64,000 bases of DNA, from assembly GCF_009914755.1 (NCBI RefSeq), contig NC_060935.1; one strand, written 5' to 3'. Below, piece by piece: positions 57,194-64,000 of the stretch (its first letter is position 1; the number at the start of each line of letters is the position of its first letter). The position numbers and the translations under genes are program-made. The notes below the pieces were generated by a model. It made no database searches. It had not been told where the DNA came from and saw only the letters and a list, made by a program, of their open reading frames with translations. This DNA comes from the human T2T-CHM13v2.0 reference genome, Homo sapiens.

Positions 57194-58680
57194 TGGATGC
57201 ATGATGGATGGATGGATGGATGGATGGACAGGTGCATGTGTGAATGGACAGGTTGATGCATGGATGGATGGATGGATGGATGGATGGATGGATGGACAGG
57301 TGGATGCATGGATTGATGCATATATGGATGGATGGATGGATGGTTGGATGGATGGATAATTGGATGGATGGATAGACAGGTGGATGCATGGATGGATGGA
57401 TGGATGGACAGGTGGATGCATGGATAGCATGGATGGATGGATGGTTAGGTGGATGGATGGATGGATGGATGGATGGATGGATGGATGGATGGGCAGACAG
57501 GTGGATGCATGGATGGATGGATGGATGGTTAGGTGGATGGATGGACGGACAGGTGGATGCATGGATTGATACATGGATGATGGATGGATGGATGGACGGA
57601 CAGGTAAATGCATGATGGATGGATGGACAGGTGCATGCATGATGGATGAATGGACAGGTGGACGCATGGATGGATGGATGGATGGATGGACAGCTGGATG
57701 TATGGATTGATACATGGATGGAAGGATGGATGGATGGATGGATGGATGGATGGATGGATGGACAGGTGGATGCATGGATTGATGCACGGATGGATGGATG
57801 GATGGATGGATGGATAATTGGATGGATGGATAATTGGATGGATGAATGGACAGGTGGATGCATGGATGGATGGACAGGTGGATGCATGGGTTGATGCATG
57901 GATGGATGGATGGATGGATGGATGGATGGATGGATGGACAGGTGGATGCATGGATGGATGCAAGGACTGGTGCATGCCTGAATGGATGAATGAACAAGTG
58001 GATGGATGCATGGATGCCTGGATGGATGGATGGTTAGATGGATGGATGGATGGATGGATGAATGGACAGATGGATGCATGGATGAATGGATGGTTAGGTG
58101 GATTGATGGATGGATGGATGGATGGATGGATGGACAGGTGGATGCATGGATTGATACATGGATGACGGATGGATGGACGGACAGTAGATACATGATGGAT
58201 GGATGGTGGACAGATGGATGGATGGATGGACAGGTGCATGTATGAATGGATGGATGGGTGAATGGACAGGTGGATGCATGGATGGATGGAGGGATGGTTG
58301 AATGGATGGATGGATGGATGAATGGATGGATAGATGGATGGATGGAGGGATGGTTGAATGGATGGATGGATGGATGAATGGATGGATGGATGGACAGGTG
58401 GATGTATGGATTGATGCATGGATGGATGGATGGACAGGTAGATGCATGATGGAAGGATGGTGGACAGATGGATGGATGGATGGACAGGTGCATGCATGAA
58501 TGGATGGATGGATGAATGGACAGGTGGATAGATGGATGGATGGACAGGTAGATGCATGGACTGATACATAGATGGATGGATGGATGAATGGATGGATGGA
58601 TGGACAGGTCCATGCATGAATTGATGGATGGATGAATGTACAGGTGGATGGATGGTAGGTGGGTGGACAGATGGATGGGC
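57194..58680 (+). repeat. Complex (GGAT)n array with recurring GGACAGGTGGATGCAT module, about 1.5 kb
   Basis: Directly visible; causes the long HPSI/MDGW ORFs. Confidence 0.95.
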
Positions 58681-60049
58681 AGAGCAGAGGGAAGCTTTAT
58701 CTGGGGCCTCAGGAAAACCTAGCAGAGGAGGTAACATTTGAGCTGGGTCCTGCAAGAGTAGCTTGCTCGATGGAAAGAAAAAGCAGCTCAGGAATAGAGA
58801 AGGACAGAGAAGACAGAAAGTTTGGCCTGGTTGAGTAACAGAGATGTTCAGTCCCTGGGGCATGAAAATAAGGTCCCTGCTGGCTCAGTGAGCAGGTGCC
58901 GGCTCTGCTCTGCACACCAGGGCTGCCCTCCCAGGCTGGGACTTCAGGTTCCGAGAGGCCATCATGTCCCATCATTGAAAAGCCTCCGTGAACCCAGTGT
59001 TTTACAGCAGACTTTTGCTGGCTGCATGAAGACACCTTCCTCACTGAGACTGAAAGATAATTTCTCTTTAATTGATTTTTTACCACTATGAACAGTAAAA
59101 TAATATAAGAAAAATCTATGCTGCTATTTTTCCATTTGTGAAATCCAAAATTACACCTTGCAGCCAATTCCCTCAGAGTACAGACGTGACTCCTCCCTCC
59201 TTTTATTTGTCTCATTCCTTTAAGTGCAAGAAAACAGACCACTTTTTTTTTTTTTGAATAGCTGAAAGTTTATGATTTGAGAAAGGGGCAAGGTGTGGGA
59301 CAATTTCCCACACAACTCGGAACCCAGGGCCAGGGAGGCACCTCTGATGAAAAGAGATTTCTGTAAATACATGAGAAAGTGATTCTGTTGACACCTCATT
59401 CTTCTGTCTGTAGAATGTACGAGTGACAACAGGACATGTTGTTTTAACACCAGACAATGAAGCTCCCTGCTCTCCACTCCTCGCCAGTGATGGCACTGAC
59501 AGCTTCGTTCCCGCAGGTTCTGGCGACGCCCCCCTTTTGAGCTCCTGGGCCTTCCAGAAACAAGCTTTCCTTTCGAATCCTGGGTCCGAGCCAGACAGCA
59601 ATGCGTGCTCCTCGTGCAGTGCCAGGGAAACAGCAGCTATGAATCCATAAAACACGCCCTAAATCCATCCCATCCATATTGACTGGTACCTTTAGCGTTG
59701 GCCATAAAGTGGCTTTGTGTGAAGTCTTGAGAGAAGAAACCAAGCCTGCTGCATGGCTCTCACTAAATTAACCTCCCTGAGGCTCCGGATCACATTCCAG
59801 GAGGGCCGCGGCAGCACGGGTCTCATTAATGCGCAGCCTCTTGGCTCCTGATAAGATTTAACATTAGCCAGATGTTGTTAGAGTCCGACCTCGGCGGGAG
59901 CAATCACCTGCGGCATAAACCTGGCACAAAGGCCACTCCTCCAGCTTGACCTCACCCCGCAGGACCGGACTTCGGTCACCCCTTGGTACAGGCTGGCAGG
60001 TGGGAGGGAATGCACGATTCACTCCTGGGGTCGCTGTCGCCGCCTCCCT

Positions 60050-60128
60050 CTCACTGCCCCTGTCCTGTGCTCCTTGCAGGTATTCAGGCTCCAGGCCAGG
60101 TGGGGCCGGACGCCCCCAGCCATCCACC
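60050..60128 (+). other. FLRT1: 3' splice acceptor and 49-nt 5'UTR part of the FLRT1 coding exon (exon starts 60080)
   Basis: Branch-like CTCAC (60050-60054), pyrimidine tract ccctgtcctgtgctccttg, then CAG|G at 60077-60080. Confidence 0.85.
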
Positions 60129-62153
60129 ATGGTGGTGGCACACCCCACCGCCACTGCCACCACCACGCCCACTGCCACTGTCACGGCCACCGTTGTGATG
60201 ACCACGGCCACCATGGACCTGCGGGACTGGCTGTTCCTCTGCTACGGGCTCATCGCCTTCCTGACGGAGGTCATCGACAGCACCACCTGCCCCTCGGTGT
60301 GCCGCTGCGACAACGGCTTCATCTACTGCAACGACCGGGGACTCACATCCATCCCCGCAGATATCCCTGATGACGCCACCACCCTCTACCTGCAGAACAA
60401 CCAGATCAACAACGCTGGCATCCCCCAGGACCTCAAGACCAAGGTCAACGTGCAGGTCATCTACCTATACGAGAATGACCTGGATGAGTTCCCCATCAAC
60501 CTGCCCCGCTCCCTCCGGGAGCTGCACCTGCAGGACAACAATGTGCGCACCATTGCCAGGGACTCGCTGGCCCGCATCCCGCTGCTGGAGAAGCTGCACC
60601 TGGATGACAACTCCGTGTCCACCGTCAGCATTGAGGAGGACGCCTTCGCCGACAGCAAACAGCTCAAGCTGCTCTTCCTGAGCCGGAACCACCTGAGCAG
60701 CATCCCCTCGGGGCTGCCGCACACGCTGGAGGAGCTGCGGCTGGATGACAACCGCATCTCCACCATCCCGCTGCATGCCTTCAAGGGCCTCAACAGCCTG
60801 CGGCGCCTGGTGCTGGACGGTAACCTGCTGGCCAACCAGCGCATCGCCGACGACACCTTCAGCCGCCTACAGAACCTCACAGAGCTCTCGCTGGTGCGCA
60901 ATTCGCTGGCCGCGCCACCCCTCAACCTGCCCAGCGCCCACCTGCAGAAGCTCTACCTGCAGGACAATGCCATCAGCCACATCCCCTACAACACGCTGGC
61001 CAAGATGCGTGAGCTGGAGCGGCTGGACCTGTCCAACAACAACCTGACCACGCTGCCCCGCGGCCTGTTCGACGACCTGGGGAACCTGGCCCAGCTGCTG
61101 CTCAGGAACAACCCTTGGTTTTGTGGCTGCAACCTCATGTGGCTGCGGGACTGGGTGAAGGCACGGGCGGCCGTGGTCAACGTGCGGGGCCTCATGTGCC
61201 AGGGCCCTGAGAAGGTCCGGGGCATGGCCATCAAGGACATTACCAGCGAGATGGACGAGTGTTTTGAGACGGGGCCGCAGGGCGGCGTGGCCAATGCGGC
61301 TGCCAAGACCACGGCCAGCAACCACGCCTCTGCCACCACGCCCCAGGGTTCCCTGTTTACCCTCAAGGCCAAAAGGCCAGGGCTGCGCCTCCCCGACTCC
61401 AACATTGACTACCCCATGGCCACGGGTGATGGCGCCAAGACCCTGGCCATCCACGTGAAGGCCCTGACGGCAGACTCCATCCGCATCACGTGGAAGGCCA
61501 CGCTCCCCGCCTCCTCTTTCCGGCTCAGTTGGCTGCGCCTGGGCCACAGCCCAGCCGTGGGCTCCATCACGGAGACCTTGGTGCAGGGGGACAAGACAGA
61601 GTACCTGCTGACAGCCCTGGAGCCCAAGTCCACCTACATCATCTGCATGGTCACCATGGAGACCAGCAATGCCTACGTAGCTGATGAGACACCTGTGTGT
61701 GCCAAGGCAGAGACAGCCGACAGCTATGGCCCTACCACCACACTCAACCAGGAGCAGAACGCTGGCCCCATGGCGAGCCTGCCCCTGGCGGGCATCATCG
61801 GCGGGGCAGTGGCTCTGGTCTTCCTCTTCCTGGTCCTGGGGGCCATCTGCTGGTACGTGCACCAGGCTGGCGAGCTGCTGACCCGGGAGAGGGCCTACAA
61901 CCGGGGCAGCAGGAAAAAGGATGACTATATGGAGTCAGGGACCAAGAAGGATAACTCCATCCTGGAAATCCGCGGCCCTGGGCTGCAGATGCTGCCCATC
62001 AACCCGTACCGCGCCAAAGAGGAGTACGTGGTCCACACTATCTTCCCCTCCAACGGCAGCAGCCTCTGCAAGGCCACACACACCATTGGCTATGGCACCA
62101 CGCGGGGCTACCGGGACGGCGGCATCCCCGACATAGACTACTCCTACACATGA
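60129..62153 (+). CDS. FLRT1: Fibronectin leucine-rich transmembrane protein 1 (674 aa from first AUG; 646 aa from AUG 60213), whole CDS in one exon
   Basis: The ORF-track protein shows a signal peptide ([23 protein letters not shown]), LRRNT ([23 protein letters not shown]), about 10 LRRs, LRRCT ([13 protein letters not shown]), FN3 ([23 protein letters not shown]), a TM helix ([25 protein letters not shown]) and a Tyr-containing tail ending IPDIDYSYT. Third codon positions are strongly C/G-biased. Kozak contexts are ccaccATGg at 60129 and gccaccATGg at 60213. Confidence 0.97.
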
Positions 62154-63035
62154 TGCCCGCCCACCCGGGCTGCCCCGCCTCAGCCCCAGCTGCCCTGGCG
62201 TGGCCATGTGGCTTTGCCCAGCCTGCTGCAATCCAAGAGAGCAAGGAAGAGAAATTCCATGGGTGACTTTCCTCCGCAGAAAGCAAAGTTTGGGGAGGGC
62301 TGACGATTTTGTAGAACACAACAGTGACAATTTTTTTTAAAAGAATAGAAGGCAGGAGGGGGAATTCGACATTGTTGAAGACATAATTTATACCAAGTTA
62401 TGCCAGTTGGGGAGGGAAGGACTAAAAATAATATTGCAGGCAGGGCTGGGTTGGGTTTTTTTTTTTCCCCCCTGAACTGGAAGGATACTACCTGTACAAC
62501 ATCTGTGGACACCTCATGCTCTGTTCAAGGCCATCACAAAGGAACCGCCAGGGAGAAGCAGCCGGCTCTCAAAGCTCCCACGCAGCTCTCCCGCCACTGG
62601 CCACTCGCTGGCGACCCGATGGAAGGTTTTCAGGCTCCTCACAAAGGAGAGAGGGAAGAAAAGATCTTTTGCCCTGGAGATATGGTCCTGAAATCTCTCC
62701 CCTGGCTTATTCCATACCATTTCCCTTGCAGATTTGCAGAAACATGGCATCTTTCACTGCATTCTTTGAACAATCATGTAGTCGATTAAAAAAAAAAAAC
62801 AAACTTTTTTTTCCTAGGCTGAAGCCCTCTTCAGTTCCATGCACCACGCTCCGTAGAAGCCCCGGCGGAAGCCGTAGCTTTCCCTGCCACCTGGAGGTGC
62901 ATCTGTCTGCCTGTCTATCCCTGTCGTGGTGTCTCTAAGTACAGATGGGTAGATAGAGCCACATGCACGGTCCTTACCGTTCTTCTTGGGTCAGTTCTTA
63001 CCATTTCCTGAACAATAGAATTGTGAAAGTGTTGC
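62154..63035 (+). other. FLRT1: FLRT1 3'UTR (end approximate)
   Basis: Follows the TGA stop and contains AU-rich blocks (62320-62440). No AATAAA seen; variant signals are ATTAAA 62785-62790 and AATAGA 63014-63019, the latter followed by GU/U-rich sequence. Confidence 0.55.
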
Positions 63036-64000
63036 TTTCTCCTAGAAATCCTTGAGTAAGTAGACCGTGTGTTGGGGATGGGAGTGAGGTGGGGGAGGAG
63101 ACTTGGTCTCCAGGGGCTGCTGCTGTTCCTAAAGGCTGAGGTGTGTATGTCTCAGACGGGTGGCTTAGGGAGGCGTCGCAGCTGGGGCTGCCAGTCCCAT
63201 CCTGGCTCAGCTTGGCCAGCACTGGGCTGCTCTCCTTTCTGATACAGATAAAAGCTTTATTTGATTCCAGTGTCCTCGTCTCCCTCCCCCACCACGTGCA
63301 ATCACCTTAACAGCTACTTTCTGAGCATTTACCATGTGCTGAATGTTCCCTCCTAGGACGGGTAATTAGCGCAGGGATTTTTTTTTTAAATATCAGCTGA
63401 TTAGACCTATTGGTTTCCATGGCTGCTCAAACAAAGCCCAGAAAAAGACACAAAAATTCTCGAAAAAGCCCTGGGTGATGGCAGTCCCTCCCTGAATGTA
63501 GAAAACTCAGCTGGGCCCACCCCTGGGACTCTGTTTCTTGAGAGGGAGAGACCAGATCTCTTTCTAAAAATGCCAGCCTCCGAAAGGGCCCTGACTGGGA
63601 CCCTCAGAAGAGTTAAGATTTTATTTCCTCCCTCTGGAATCCATGTCGCTATCATGCATTTATCAACTGACAGTGCAGTGTGGTGAGCCATGAGATTAAA
63701 ACGATGATGAAATAATGACAGCGAATTGGAGAGGGAGGAAGAGCGGAGCCTGGGGTTCCGACGTGCCTGCGTCCCAGTACTCAGGGAGCCCGGGTCACCA
63801 TCTGTCACTGTGCCGCTTGTTCTGCGCCAAGGAAAAGGAACGTCAAAGAGGAGATGCTGGTCCGAGGGCAGGAGGATGAGAGGGCTGGGAGCGCCCGGTG
63901 GTGCTATTTTCAAACGGCCTCCACCACCGTGCGAAAAGCAAAGGCAGAAGCAGCAGCGGGGCAGGGGTTACGTTAAAAGGCCCGACCGCCACCTTCAGTG

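Noticed and set aside
57015-58863. Long - strand ORFs (532, 444, 272 aa) rich in H/P/S/I and + strand MDGW ORFs
   Set aside because: These are translations of the (CCAT)n/(GGAT)n repeat, which rarely yields stops; no domain or codon signal.
59946-60128. 61-aa N-terminal extension of FLRT1 in the ORF track
   Set aside because: It starts at a TTG and runs through the branch point, pyrimidine tract and acceptor at 60079, so it is intron plus 5'UTR.
60461-61862. Antisense ORFs (331, 154, 139 aa) over FLRT1
   Set aside because: Shadow frames caused by the high third-position GC of the real CDS.
62487-62493. ACTACCT miR-196-type seed match in the 3'UTR
   Set aside because: A single 7-mer is not significant without conservation data.

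Overview
This is GC-rich primate (almost certainly human) genomic DNA with about 15 Alu elements plus MIR, L2 and old L1 fragments. The only convincing protein-coding sequence is the single-exon CDS of FLRT1 (fibronectin leucine-rich transmembrane protein 1) on the + strand at 60129-62153. It is preceded by a 3' splice acceptor at 60079/60080 and a probable non-coding 5'UTR exon at about 47035-48023. From prior knowledge, FLRT1 (11q13) is nested in a large intron of MACROD1 on the - strand, and no MACROD1 coding exon is recognisable here. The rest is intronic: a small CpG-island-like element at about 3.6-5.2 kb, many short AT/TAAT-rich islands that look like developmental enhancers, and three TGGA arrays grown from L2/MIR-type 3' tails. 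I find no novel coding system; almost all other ORF-track entries are GC- or repeat-driven artefacts. The best hypotheses concern RNA-level regulation of FLRT1: (i) a 1.5-kb complex TGGA repeat carrying about 25-30 UGCAUG (RBFOX) motifs just upstream of the coding exon, which reads as YCAY (NOVA) clusters on the other strand; (ii) an AG|GTGAG recursive-splice-like acceptor on a uORF-laden 5'UTR exon flanked by inverted Alus; (iii) three in-frame AUGs separated by a Kozak-like GCCACC/Thr-Ala repeat. Motif counts are by eye and repeat subfamily calls are approximate.
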